NCBI GenBank assembly: GCA_035474135.1
Contig: DATINP010000033.1
Location: 2,334 to 66,333, forward strand
Direction of reading: 5' to 3'
From: Chloroflexia bacterium
GTDB lineage: Bacteria; Chloroflexota; Chloroflexia; QHBQ01; JADMIH01
DNA: 64,000 bases
Shown here: positions 29,421-41,921 of the stretch, in pieces
Numbering within the stretch: position 1 is the first letter of the stretch
Layout of the letters: the number at the start of each line of letters is the position of its first letter
Notes under the pieces: model-generated
Seen by the model: only the letters and a program-made list of their open reading frames with translations
The model's database searches: none
What the model was told of the DNA's origin: nothing
Position numbers and translations under genes: made by a program

Positions 29421-30737
29421 ATGCAAGATCCGAACGGTCAACCTGGTGCGCCGCAGCAAGGCGGTCCGACTCCACAGCCCAATAACTGGTACGGGCAACC
29501 CGTGCCACCACAACCACCCAATCAACCAAACCCGCCCTATAGCATCAACAAGGAGCCGCGCGCCCCTATGAGCAGCAAGGCACGCATCGCGCTGGCGATA
29601 GTGGCGTTGGTGGTGCTGGCGGGCCTCGTATTGCTGGCTGTCGCAGGACAGCTATTCATGTTCCTCGAAATCGGCATAGTGTTCGTGCCGCTGGCCGGGC
29701 TGGCGGCTCTTGCCTACGTCGGGGCACGCACCCCTGCGGCCTCGATAGGAGCCTATCTACTCCTGGTGTTCACAGGCATCGGAGTCCTTTTTAACTCCCT
29801 CACCTATATACTGTTCGGCGTGGTCAAGGATTGGGACAAGTTCAACGACCTGTTATCCAATCCCACAGGCGTCGACCGCGCCACCATCCTTGACATATTC
29901 TCTCCGGATGCGGGGCCGCGCCTTCTCCTGGGGGTACTGCTTCTCTTTATCGCGGCTATTTTATCGGCGGCAATGCTCGTCAAGCCCGTGCGCAAAGCGG
30001 TAGCGCGCATTATGCCCATTGACCCCGACAACTTCGTCCACAAGATAGCCCTGTCCATCCTCACGCTGATCCTGCTCACTTCGTTTATCCCGCTGATTGT
30101 GCTGGGCGGCATTCCGCCTTTACTCACACTCGTAACAGGAGCGGGCAACGGTGCACTAAACAACGCTCTCAGTATCGGCCCGGAAAGTCTTGTATACCAG
30201 TTCATCTGGACCATACCCGCGGCCCTCGTTGCGGCGGGTTGGCCCATCGTGCGCACCCTCCGCGCCGCCTTCGTCCGGTTGGGGTTTGTGCGCCCCAGTC
30301 TCACCCAAGTCGGCTTCGGTGTCGGCTTCGGACTGGCGCTGGCCGCCATCGCGGCTTTCGTTATCGATCCCGGCATCAATGCCATATGGCAGTCACTCGG
30401 GTGGCCCACAACTGACGCTAATGCATTCAACCAACTGCTCAGCGACGTGGTCACACCGCTTGGCGCTGTGCTTATAGGGGTAACAGCAGGCGTGGGCGAA
30501 GAGATGGCTGTGCGCGGCCTGCTCCAGCCACGTATCGGCCTTATCGCCTCCAACCTGGTGTTTACCAGCCTCCACGCCTTCCAGTACGGCCCCGACGCGC
30601 TTCTGAGCGTATTTGTAATTGGCCTGATCCTCGGCATCGTCCGCGCTCGCTCCAATACCACCACCTCGGCTATAGTTCATGGAGTGTATGACTTCGCGCT
30701 CGTGATATCAAGCATCATCTTCGTTGTAAACCCATAA
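29421..30737 (+). CDS. CPBP-family (CAAX protease / Abi) intramembrane metalloprotease with Pro/Gln-rich N-terminus
   Basis: multi-TM; motifs GVGEEMAVRGLL (EExxxR) and FTSLHAFQYG, HGVYDF; N-terminal 50 aa are PQ-rich. Confidence 0.7.
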   Translation: MQDPNGQPGAPQQGGPTPQPNNWYGQPVPPQPPNQPNPPYSINKEPRAPMSSKARIALAIVALVVLAGLVLLAVAGQLFMFLEIGIVFVPLAGLAALAYVGARTPAASIGAYLLLVFTGIGVLFNSLTYILFGVVKDWDKFNDLLSNPTGVDRATILDIFSPDAGPRLLLGVLLLFIAAILSAAMLVKPVRKAVARIMPIDPDNFVHKIALSILTLILLTSFIPLIVLGGIPPLLTLVTGAGNGALNNALSIGPESLVYQFIWTIPAALVAAGWPIVRTLRAAFVRLGFVRPSLTQVGFGVGFGLALAAIAAFVIDPGINAIWQSLGWPTTDANAFNQLLSDVVTPLGAVLIGVTAGVGEEMAVRGLLQPRIGLIASNLVFTSLHAFQYGPDALLSVFVIGLILGIVRARSNTTTSAIVHGVYDFALVISSIIFVVNP

Positions 30738-31908
30738 CGCCCACCACCAGCCCGCGCTCCTCGCTCTTGCGCACCATCAGGCCGCCTACCAACACGCACA
30801 GCCCAAATGTCACGCCCATCACGAACAGGGGTAAGCGAAAATCAGCCTCGTAGAGCAGGCTGAACCCGTTGGCGCCCACAAACGCCCCGGCAAGCCCTAT
30901 GGACGAGTAGACACCCTGCACCCGCCCTCGTATCTCGTTCACTGTGGAAGCCGCGACATGCGAGTCGACCGAGGGCTGCATCAAAGCGTAGATGCCTGCG
31001 TGCGCAAACCCCAGAAGCAACATGGGCCAGGCCACGCTTAGCAGGCCATACATCAGGTAGATCGGGATCTGCGCCACTCCAAAGATGAGTATAGTGGTCG
31101 ACCTGCGCACACGGTCTGCAATCCTGCCTCCTACGGGCGACAGCAACGTGGTGGGCAGTCCCCACACTATGTATGTCAGCCCGATCAAACCCACGGAAGC
31201 GCCCAGGTTGTCGTGCATCCAGATGGGGAAAAGCGTCTGGTCAAACCCCAGCCACAGATAATCACCAAACACCAGTACATAAGCGCCCAATAGCGGCAAA
31301 GACAACAGTTCTCGCGCAGTGACACGCCGGCGTGTCTCGGCAGTCTGCGAGTGGCTCTGCGGAGCCTCGCTAATCAGCAACATGACCACTAATACCGCCA
31401 GGATACGAGCCACAAATGCCCCGATAAATACATACTGGTATCCAAACACGGCCAGCCCGCTGCCAATACCCGGCCCCAGCAGCCAGGTCGCATTGAAGAA
31501 GGCGTTGAACAGCCCGTAGGCCTCGCCCCTCTTTTCCGGCGCTGTCCTGTCTGCTATCAAGGCTCTTGCCGGGGGCAGCATCGTGGCGCTGGCAATGCCC
31601 TCAACAAAGCGCAAGAGCACGAACAGCAGCGGGTCGGCTATCACCAGGTAGAGAAGCGACACGACTGCCTGCCATAACAGACCGGCTACCATGAGCCTCT
31701 TGCGCCCCCAGCGGTCGGCCAGCCACCCCATTGGGTACTGGAAAATGAAGTTCGACAACAGAAACGCGCTCGCCATAGCCCCGATCACGGCCAACGACGC
31801 GCCTTCTTGCTCGACGAAGAGCACCCGTACGGGCACCACCATGCTCGAACCAATATACGCTGCGAAAACCCCGATAGATATCGCCAGCACAGTTTTATCG
31901 CGCCACAT
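30715..31908 (-). CDS. MFS transporter
   Basis: 12 TM helices, MFS-type loop motif GWLADRWGRKRLM between TM2 and TM3. Confidence 0.8.
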   Translation of the reverse strand: MWRDKTVLAISIGVFAAYIGSSMVVPVRVLFVEQEGASLAVIGAMASAFLLSNFIFQYPMGWLADRWGRKRLMVAGLLWQAVVSLLYLVIADPLLFVLLRFVEGIASATMLPPARALIADRTAPEKRGEAYGLFNAFFNATWLLGPGIGSGLAVFGYQYVFIGAFVARILAVLVVMLLISEAPQSHSQTAETRRRVTARELLSLPLLGAYVLVFGDYLWLGFDQTLFPIWMHDNLGASVGLIGLTYIVWGLPTTLLSPVGGRIADRVRRSTTILIFGVAQIPIYLMYGLLSVAWPMLLLGFAHAGIYALMQPSVDSHVAASTVNEIRGRVQGVYSSIGLAGAFVGANGFSLLYEADFRLPLFVMGVTFGLCVLVGGLMVRKSEERGLVVGVMGLQRR

Positions 31909-32092
31909 AAGCTGTTCGCCCCAACCTATCTCGTGCCGTAGATCTGTGACCTACGCTCATAAGCCATTGGCCATCGCGTATGACGTGCGAAGCATGACTC
32001 CGCGCTACATCAGCCAAAGCAGTATAAGGCCTTTAGGGTAAGATGCAACAGGCATCACACCCAATCAAAACGCTAGAATTAGCCTCAGGAGA

Positions 32093-32122
32093 CTTGACAG
32101 TACTACACTCAATCCTTATAAT
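32093..32122 (+). promoter_or_regulatory. dnaJ-hspR promoter (TTGACA, 16 nt spacer, TATAAT) overlapped by a HAIR-like inverted repeat CTTGACA-N7-ACTCAAT
   Basis: exact -35 and -10 hexamers at 32095-32100 and 32117-32122; inverted repeat at 32093-32113 matches the HspR operator consensus CTTGAGT-N7-ACTCAAG at 11 of 14 positions. Confidence 0.45.
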
Positions 32123-32208
32123 AAGAATGTACTCACATGTCTGCTGACGCAGGCACGAAATGATGCAAAGTACTCACTTATAGATTCACTAATTTCCGGT
32201 TCATAAAT

Positions 32209-33267
32209 ATGCAATATAAAGACTATTACAATACGCTGGGCATCAAGAAAGGCGCTTCCGAAAAAGAGATCAAGTCGGCATATCGTAAGCTGGCTCGCAA
32301 GTTCCACCCTGACCTGAACCCCAACGACCGCGAGGCCGAGGCCAAGTTCAAGGAGGTAAACGAGGCCTACGAGGTGCTGGTTGATCCCGAAAAGCGCAAG
32401 AAGTACGACGAGTTCGGCTCCGAATGGGAGAGCTACCAGCATACCCAGGGTACGCCGGGCGGGTTCGACTTCTCGCAGTATTCCCAGTCCTACGGCAACG
32501 GAGGGGCGGGTGGCGTTCGTTACACCACTACGGGAGGCGAAGGCGCCGAGGACTTCTCCGACTTCTTCGAGATGCTCTTTGGCCGAGGCTCACGCGCAGC
32601 AGGCGCTAGTCCCTACTATTCGGGCGGGCGCGCTCGTACAATACCCCGCGTGGGCGAAGACTATGAGCATCGCCTGGACGTCACCCTTGAAGAAGCCTTC
32701 ACGGGCACACAGCGTGTGCTACAGATGGACGTGCCGGAAGGATGCCCCACCTGTAACGGCACGGGCGTGGTTGGCAACAAAGTGTGTCCTACCTGTAACG
32801 GCACGGGCACTGTATCGCGAACCAAGCGCCTGGAGGTCAAGATTCCGGCGGGTGTACACACAGGGTCACGAGTGCGAGTCAGCGGCGAAGGCGGCTCAGG
32901 GTCGGGCGGGGGCGGACGTGGCGATCTCTATTTGAAGGTCAGCGTTCTGCCCAATGCGCGCTTCGAGCGCAAAGGCGACGACCTGTACACGAATGTCCAG
33001 ACCCCCGCCTACACAGCCATACTTGGAGGCGAGGTAGAAGTACCCACTCCTAAAGGCACGAGACTTGCTCTGAAAATACCGTCAGGCACGCAGAACGGAC
33101 GCACCTTCAAGCTTACCGGCCAGGGGATGCCCAACCTGAAGCAGCAAGGCAAAAGAGGCGACCTTTACGCTCGCATCGAAGTACAGCTTCCTACCCAGTT
33201 GGACGAGCGTGAAAAGCAACTTTATGAGGAGCTGCAACGTATATATAATGAGCGAGTGGGAGGTTAA
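32209..33267 (+). CDS. dnaJ: DnaJ-family chaperone (J-domain, G/F region, a single CxxCxGxG pair, C-terminal substrate domain)
   Basis: J-domain with HPD (KFHPDLNP), Gly-rich region, CPTCNGTG and CPTCNGTG only (two of the usual four zinc motifs). Confidence 0.85.
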   Translation: MQYKDYYNTLGIKKGASEKEIKSAYRKLARKFHPDLNPNDREAEAKFKEVNEAYEVLVDPEKRKKYDEFGSEWESYQHTQGTPGGFDFSQYSQSYGNGGAGGVRYTTTGGEGAEDFSDFFEMLFGRGSRAAGASPYYSGGRARTIPRVGEDYEHRLDVTLEEAFTGTQRVLQMDVPEGCPTCNGTGVVGNKVCPTCNGTGTVSRTKRLEVKIPAGVHTGSRVRVSGEGGSGSGGGGRGDLYLKVSVLPNARFERKGDDLYTNVQTPAYTAILGGEVEVPTPKGTRLALKIPSGTQNGRTFKLTGQGMPNLKQQGKRGDLYARIEVQLPTQLDEREKQLYEELQRIYNERVGG

Positions 33268-33269
33268 GT

Positions 33270-33713
33270 ATGAGTACTGAAACCAACCATGGACTCGAAA
33301 AGAGGGTAGGGCCAAAGCAGGAGGAAACACGCAAGGACCGCTCCCACGCCACATCTGAAGCGCGAAAACGGCAGAATGCCACTGTCAATGCCGAAGGGCA
33401 TCCCCGCTACGTGATCAGTATAGCGGCCCAAATCCTGGGAGTACATCCACAAACGCTCAGGCTGTACGAGCGCGAAGGGCTTGTCGAACCGCAACGAAGC
33501 GGTGGCAAAATCCGCCTTTACTCCGAGCGCGACATCGAGCGGGTACGTTCGATAATGCGGCTCACCAACGATCTAGGGGTCAACCTTGCGGGCGCAGACG
33601 CCATCCTTTATATGAGAGAGCGAATGCTCAGGCTCTATGAGGAAATGGATCGCATGCGCGAAGACCTTCTGTCCGAGTTGGAAGAGTTACGCCGCGAACT
33701 CGATGTTGAATAG
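33270..33713 (+). CDS. hspR: MerR-family heat-shock transcriptional repressor HspR
   Basis: MerR-type HTH (YVISIAAQILGVHPQTLRLYEREGLVEPQRSGGKIRLYSERDIERV); 2 nt after the dnaJ stop with GGAGG RBS; clpB downstream, as in actinobacterial HspR regulons. Confidence 0.65.
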   Translation: MSTETNHGLEKRVGPKQEETRKDRSHATSEARKRQNATVNAEGHPRYVISIAAQILGVHPQTLRLYEREGLVEPQRSGGKIRLYSERDIERVRSIMRLTNDLGVNLAGADAILYMRERMLRLYEEMDRMREDLLSELEELRRELDVE

Positions 33714-34025
33714 TGGTATAGTAGATGATAGGCGATTGCCGTCGCGGACGTTCGTGGTATGATTGCCCACCAGTCGATACCGCGCCCACCTCGTGCAAAT
33801 CAATAATCCCCCCGGTCGTTCAGGTTATACTACCCCTATTCCCATTACCCCTACACGCACAGCATCCGGCCACCCGCAAAGGTCATACCACCTACGGCAT
33901 AGCATAAGATACACAATAAGAGGTACACAACACTTAACCCAGGTAAGCATAGCATGGATGTAGAAAAGACGAATATAATAGAGACTACTTCTCGGAATAT
34001 GAGAGAGAAAAGAGAGAGCTGAACC

Positions 34026-36479
<2,454 letters not shown>

Positions 36480-36480
36480 C

Positions 36481-36554
36481 ATAGCGCAACTCGGCTAAGA
36501 AGTAAGGTGTAGTCAGTTGCGACTACACCTTACTTCTTAGCCGAGTTGCGCTAT
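36481..36554. repeat. perfect palindrome: two 34-bp arms separated by a 6-nt loop (AGTTGC), immediately after the clpB stop
   Basis: ATAGCGCAACTCGGCTAAGAAGTAAGGTGTAGTC ... GACTACACCTTACTTCTTAGCCGAGTTGCGCTAT; reverse-complement checked by hand. Confidence 0.9.
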
Positions 36555-36715
36555 AGGGGTTGACAAATAGGGCATAAGCTGGTAAATAATAACTTAAAAC
36601 AAGTCTGCCGAATCTAACGATGGCTTTCGGTTGTCGATCATTAGCTTCATGCATTCTCTATGAGCAGATTGTTTGGAACTTAGAGAGGATCAGTTTGCTG
36701 GGAAGGAGCTTCGTG

Positions 36716-38046
36716 ATGGGAAAACTAATGCAAACAGGCGGGCTGCTAGCCATGATGGTAATTATGCTCAGTATCAATATCTCCTCTGTGCGGGCTTCTC
36801 AAGCTATCAATAAGCACGAAGTGCCATTGTCACTATGTTCAGGCTTCAGTGATGTGCAGGATACCGACTTTTTCTGCCATTTTCTGACAGTTATGGTAAA
36901 CAATGGAGATATCACCGGTTATCCAGATGGAACGTTTCGCCCTATAACGGGGTCACTAGAGGTGAGTTCTCCAAAATACTGATTGAGGGATTCGATCTCT
37001 GTTGCAACACCAGTGGAGGGCCACATTTCGCTGATGTTCCAGTGGGATCCACTTTCTATAATTGGATAGAGACAGCCTACAACAGGGGAGTCATCACCGG
37101 TTACAGTGACATGGGACATTGTGGTACACAGATACCATGTTTTTTGCCAGGTGCCAACCTTACACGCCAGCAAATGGCTAAGATGATCGCTATAACTGCT
37201 GGCTTTGGTGAATCCACAACGGGTAGGCCAGCCAGTTACTATGATATGACTAGCGGAAACACCTTCTTTTCTTATGTTGAGAACCTGGTAATGCACGCTG
37301 TGGCAAATCCGTTTGCTGCTTCCAATCCTCCCTACTGCCCATCATCCACCCAACCCTGTTTCTATCCTGGTGAAAATGCAACTCGCGCCGATATAGTAGC
37401 AAATGTTATGAACGCTCACCTGTCTAACGGCTACGGTCAGGTATTCGCAGCGAAAAGTGGAACATACACTGGTGTATCGGTTTATATTACAACTCCTGAT
37501 AATCCGGTCTCTGGTGTGCAGTTTATTGATGCACCTGTTGGTATGACCACCAAGACTAACGGGAAATTTATAGAATCAGGTCCAACAAAGGACTGCATTC
37601 CAAACTGCGGGAGTGGTTACTTATACCTGCATCCTTATGGGAGTTGGGGCAATTGGTATAGCGGTGGTCAGGATATCCTTAGAACTGTCTATCTCGCTTC
37701 AGGGGGTAGGTACGGATACAAGACAATCTATTTTGGCGGATCGGGTGGGCAGTGGCAGTCACAATATTGTGATGCGACTGGCTGCCGGGGAATTGTTTCA
37801 TCAGGCGACCTTGGAACAACCCTTCCGTATGTAGCAACAGGCGTCGAAGCCAACGCTAGAAACGTAAGCGTTGGACCGGTAACCTCATCCTATGCACAGT
37901 ACTTTTTGAACGGATCATGGTTCTACTGGTGCTATGACCCAACATTGCCACCCTGGAAGACAGCGTACCCTCCTAGCGGAATCAAGGGTAGTATTGGTTC
38001 ATGTAGCACTTATGACTATAGTTGGACAATTACCAACACTCCTTAG
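36716..38046 (+). pseudogene. secreted SLH-domain (three SLH-like repeats) protein, reading frame broken by a +1 shift at a G4 run (36949-36952)
   Basis: signal peptide MGKLMQTGGLLAMMVIMLSINISSVRASQA; SLH repeat 1 ...GDITGYPDGTFRP in frame 2 ends at 36982, and its expected continuation VTRGEFSKIL is read in frame 1 and merges into ORF 37042-38046 (SLH repeats 2-3 plus a Cys/Gly/Tyr-rich C-terminal domain). Confidence 0.55.
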
Positions 38047-38055
38047 GAGAAAACC

Positions 38056-38787
38056 ATGAGAACACACGGGAATTCCCATCAGTGGCGTAAATGGACCGCA
38101 ATTTTGATTGTTGGTGGCCTAACAATTAGCATGGCTCTCATCTATCTGTCCCTTACCTCGACTAAAGGCGGCAATCTTTCCGCTATTATGCCTGACACAC
38201 AAGGAGCCAATTTCCATTATGGTACCGAGAGTCTAGTTGGAGCTTCTCCAGATGAGGTAGGGCAGTATGCTTTAGAGTATGTACAACACCACCTTGAAGT
38301 AAGCGGTGAGCCTCAGGTTGTGCTTGCACGGTTTATCACGCAAGCAGAACGACCTTCGCTTGGGCTCGGCTGCCCACAAGCGAAGTTGACAATAGAAGAT
38401 CCACCAGAGATTCTAGTCATTCTTAGTGGCGACTTCGATGTAAGCAAAGCGATCAGCGGGTTGGCAACCAAACCACCTTGGCACTTCAAGTACGTAGCGT
38501 ACATCTTTGATCTGTGGTCTGCAAGTCATACAACATTTATTTACTCCCGGAATGGCGCCCAATTCAGGACTGCTCTAAACGATCCGACTATCCCATCAGA
38601 TGGCCCTAATGCAGAAGCTTCTCCTATCTGCCCCACGCCACTGCCAGATCAGGTTCTACTGCATTATGGGGATATTGCTCCCACAATTCAGATTCCTGAA
38701 GGACCGGCTGTGGGAAGTCCGACACCAGTATCTCCAATACCATCAGAGATCGTTCCCCCTCCATTACCTACATACGGATCAAAATAA
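38056..38787 (+). CDS. hypothetical membrane-anchored protein (islet gene)
   Basis: 243 aa; N-terminal TM (WTAILIVGGLTISMALIYLSL), Pro-rich C-terminus; lower GC than surroundings. Confidence 0.4.
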   Translation: MRTHGNSHQWRKWTAILIVGGLTISMALIYLSLTSTKGGNLSAIMPDTQGANFHYGTESLVGASPDEVGQYALEYVQHHLEVSGEPQVVLARFITQAERPSLGLGCPQAKLTIEDPPEILVILSGDFDVSKAISGLATKPPWHFKYVAYIFDLWSASHTTFIYSRNGAQFRTALNDPTIPSDGPNAEASPICPTPLPDQVLLHYGDIAPTIQIPEGPAVGSPTPVSPIPSEIVPPPLPTYGSK

Positions 38788-38951
38788 ATCCTAAAACGAC
38801 AGGACACAGTATAGCGCGCCCATCGTTGAATAATGAGCAATGTGACCAAGCCTTAGCAGGGCTACTGTGGCTATATTCTTCGAACTCTTGCCTGCTGCAC
38901 CCACTACAACGTATCAAGCGTGGGGCCGTTCACCACGATGCACTCAGATTT

Positions 38952-39046
38952 AGCAAGCGTCTGCTGAAAGGCAACGTGAAGACGGGCGACACGATCACCG
39001 CAGGCTATACTCCCGAAGAAGGCACAACCTTCGCCGTAGAGAAGAC
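38952..39046 (+). repeat. 95-bp duplicate of the clpB 3' coding end (direct repeat of 36360-36454, 94/95 identical)
   Basis: hand alignment of the two sequences; creates the chimeric ORF 38826-39077 ending ...KRLLKGNVKTGDTITAGYTPEEGTTFAVEKT. Confidence 0.9.
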
Positions 39047-39322
39047 CGAGACGGAAGAAGTCAGCATCAAAGCCTAAACTCTAACAATCACAAATACGAA
39101 AGAAGCCCTCGCCAAATAGCGGGGGCTTTCTTCATGCCATTTTAGGGGCGAAGTCATTCCACCTTCAGGTCACGGCACATTACGGCTCAGCCAATGATGC
39201 TAGCTCCATAATAGACCAGTACACGATCAACACTACGAAGATAAGCGCGAGCAGGCAACCAAGAATGGGTTGGACTTTATTCTTCATTCTACATACTTCC
39301 ACAACGGGCGGCGGTTAGCGGT

Positions 39323-40804
39323 TCATAGGTCCACGCCGTTGACTGCTTTGTACAACTCGTGCTGCCTCTCAAGGCCACGCCTGTAGACCTCATACCGCGC
39401 CATGTCGGGCCGGAACGTTTCGCCGAACGTCGTGGGTACCTCCGAATACTCAGCGATATGACCAAGACCCCGCAAAGCCAGTATCGCCGCACCCTTCGAA
39501 CTTGCCTGTTCCTCGCCTGACATGGTCACAGGGCGGCCCAGCACATCCGCCAGCATCTGCACCCAACCTGGAGTACCAAGCAGAGCGCCGCCACTCGCCA
39601 CGATGTGCTCAGGCTCAGGCAGCGCACGGCGCATCAGGTCGTACACGGACGCGAGCCTGTAGGCAATTGCCTCCTGTGCGGCCCGCAAGATCTCGACCGG
39701 GCGGGTAGCAGACGAAATGCCCGCGATGGTCATGCGCGCCGATGGGTTCCAACCCGGACTGCGCTCGCCGGCGATAAAGGGTAGCATCGTCAGGCCATGG
39801 GCATCGGGCGGCAGGCTGGCAGCGGCAACCTCCAATGCCTCGAAGTCCGTCACCCTGAGCGTATCGCGCAGCCACGCGAACACATTTCCGCCCTCCGACA
39901 ACGCCCCTCCCACAAGGGCAGTCGCGCTATCCTGCCTGTAGCACCAAAGGCCCGGCGGCACGCTACTTATCTCCGTAGGCACGAGCGCACGTATCGCCGC
40001 GCTGGTGCCGACCTGCACTGCCCACTCTCCCGGCGAATAACAACCACTGCCCAGATTGCTCGTCAGGCCGTCGCCCACACACGGAAACCAAATCGCGTCC
40101 TTCAATGCAGGCCACCGCGCCGCGAACTGCGGGCGAAGTCGGGCGAAGCCGCTGCCAGCATCCACGAGCGGGGGAAGGTGTAGACGGTCAACCCCAATAA
40201 GCGCAAGCAGCCAATCATCCCAGTCAGCGGTGTGCCGGTTGAGCAGCCCCGACCATGATGCGACCGAGGTGCTTTGCGCGTACCTGCCGAACAAGCGGGC
40301 GTAAATGAAGTCGCCCAGTGTAACCCACAGCGCCGTACGCTCCCATACCGCGGGCATCGTTTCGCGCACCCATACGAGGCGCGCAGGCAGATACGCAGTA
40401 TGCAGGGAACAGCCGGTGCGCTCGTAAATCTCACCCGCGCCCGGCACACGTTTGAGCGCCTCCGCCTGGGCGGCACAGCGTGTATCGGCCCAGGTATAGA
40501 CAGGAGTAGTGGCGCGCCCCAACGCGTCCACACCGAGCACGTTCGACACCAGGGAGCAAAAGCCTACGCCCGCAATGGAGACGGACTTCGCTCCAGCACT
40601 GGCAAGGGTGCGGTCTATCGCGGAAAAGAGGGCATCACAAAGAGCATCCGGGTCGAGATCGGCCCCGCCGTCCGGTGTCGAGCGCATTTCGTACTTCGCC
40701 TGTGTTTCATACTCGGCAAGCCGCCGCGCCCCACCGGCAAACAAGTTCACGCGCAGGGAAGACGACCCGATGTCAATTGTCAGCAGGGGTGAATCGTAGA
40801 CCAT
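39323..40804 (-). CDS. FGGY-family carbohydrate kinase (gluconokinase/xylulokinase-like)
   Basis: N-terminal LTIDIGSSSLRV phosphate-1 motif and C-terminal ASGGALLGTPGWVQMLADVLGRPV block typical of FGGY kinases. Confidence 0.8.
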   Translation of the reverse strand: MVYDSPLLTIDIGSSSLRVNLFAGGARRLAEYETQAKYEMRSTPDGGADLDPDALCDALFSAIDRTLASAGAKSVSIAGVGFCSLVSNVLGVDALGRATTPVYTWADTRCAAQAEALKRVPGAGEIYERTGCSLHTAYLPARLVWVRETMPAVWERTALWVTLGDFIYARLFGRYAQSTSVASWSGLLNRHTADWDDWLLALIGVDRLHLPPLVDAGSGFARLRPQFAARWPALKDAIWFPCVGDGLTSNLGSGCYSPGEWAVQVGTSAAIRALVPTEISSVPPGLWCYRQDSATALVGGALSEGGNVFAWLRDTLRVTDFEALEVAAASLPPDAHGLTMLPFIAGERSPGWNPSARMTIAGISSATRPVEILRAAQEAIAYRLASVYDLMRRALPEPEHIVASGGALLGTPGWVQMLADVLGRPVTMSGEEQASSKGAAILALRGLGHIAEYSEVPTTFGETFRPDMARYEVYRRGLERQHELYKAVNGVDL

Positions 40805-40883
40805 AGATCATGGATCCTGAGCCAACTTCGGATGACCGACAACCGGCGCGGTATGTTATCTGCGAGCCTTCAACCGTCAGCTA

Positions 40884-41921
40884 CTATAGCCCGTTCAGTA
40901 TGTCCGCGATAGCACGTGCAGCTTTCACGTTCTCTTCCGGCGAGTCGGGCGCAATTGAGCAAGCCGGGCCAAACATGAACCTGCGACCGCCTGTCTGCTC
41001 TCGCGCCATACGCGCCTCGGCTTTCACCATGGCAGGAGTGCCGTCCCGTAAGGTTTCATTCCTCCAGCCGCCGATCACCGTCTTCGACGTATTCAACTGT
41101 ACCTCACGCAACCCGGGGTTACCCGGCGAGCCTACGGCCCAGTTGATAGCGTGCACAGGGTAGTCGGCCAGCGCGAAGAGCAGATTGTTGTTCTTGCAAA
41201 CGTGCAACACGTTTAACGGCGCACCCTGCACAGCCGCCAGCACGCGCTGGTCATACGGCCTGCCCCACTCGGCGTACTGCTTTTCGTCCAGCAGGTCGCG
41301 GCTGGCCCAGTCGGTGGTGGCGAAGAAGATGCCGCATGCGCCCGCCTTGATACATGCGCCCGCGAAGTCTGTGAAAGTAGCTGTTATTATGTCAAGTGCA
41401 CCCTTTAGCACATCCGGGTGATTCTGCATCAGGTCTGGAAGCGCAGTTGCGGGATCATCAACAAGGTCGGCAGCGATTGAAAGTGGGCTGAATATGGTTT
41501 CGATGAAATAGGTTTCGCCACCCAGACTTTCGCCGATGCGCTCCAACGCCTCTAACTGCTCGCCGAGCGCACCTTCTCCCACCGGAAGAATCTTGAGCTT
41601 GCCCCAGTCCTCCAGCGACTCAATAGGGAATTTCGTTACGGCGGGCTTGTCGAGCGGCCCGCCTGCGCCGTAGTCGGTTGTTACGCCCCAGTCCTCCACA
41701 TGATAGGAGGCTCGCGGGTTCACCTTCATCCAGTCCCAGTCGTACTTTTTGTGGAAGGCCAGCATCGCGCCCGCGAGATCCTCCGCCGAGCGCTCGCAGT
41801 CGAAGAAGTGCCGCCAGAGCGTCACAGGAGGGCGGTCTATAGGTGCATTGGTCAGAGCAGCCTCAATACGTGCCTTTTTGCTCATTTTACCCGCTACCGT
41901 CGCGTCCATAGGTGTAGGCAT
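40884..41921 (-). CDS. uroporphyrinogen-decarboxylase (URO-D) family protein
   Basis: N-terminal IDRPPVTLWRHF block resembles the URO-D/MtaA family signature; 345 aa. Confidence 0.55.
   Translation of the reverse strand: MPTPMDATVAGKMSKKARIEAALTNAPIDRPPVTLWRHFFDCERSAEDLAGAMLAFHKKYDWDWMKVNPRASYHVEDWGVTTDYGAGGPLDKPAVTKFPIESLEDWGKLKILPVGEGALGEQLEALERIGESLGGETYFIETIFSPLSIAADLVDDPATALPDLMQNHPDVLKGALDIITATFTDFAGACIKAGACGIFFATTDWASRDLLDEKQYAEWGRPYDQRVLAAVQGAPLNVLHVCKNNNLLFALADYPVHAINWAVGSPGNPGLREVQLNTSKTVIGGWRNETLRDGTPAMVKAEARMAREQTGGRRFMFGPACSIAPDSPEENVKAARAIADILNGL

Noticed and set aside
33714-34025. Searched the clpB leader and the dnaJ leader for a CIRCE (HrcA) element and the clpB leader for a second HAIR operator
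   Set aside because: No TTAGCACTC-N9-GAGTGCTAA-like or CTTGAGT-N7-ACTCAAG-like sequence was seen, so only the dnaJ-proximal site is reported.
38826-39077. 83-aa ORF ending with a ClpB-like C-terminus
   Set aside because: It is a chimera created by the 95-bp duplication of the clpB 3' end. There is no independent evidence that it is a functional gene; it is reported as a repeat instead.
39180-39287. 35-aa hydrophobic ORF (MKNKVQPILGCLLALIFVVLIVYWSIMELASLAEP) downstream of the FGGY kinase gene on the minus strand
   Set aside because: It is too short and has no RBS or conservation evidence; it is mentioned only as a possible small membrane peptide.
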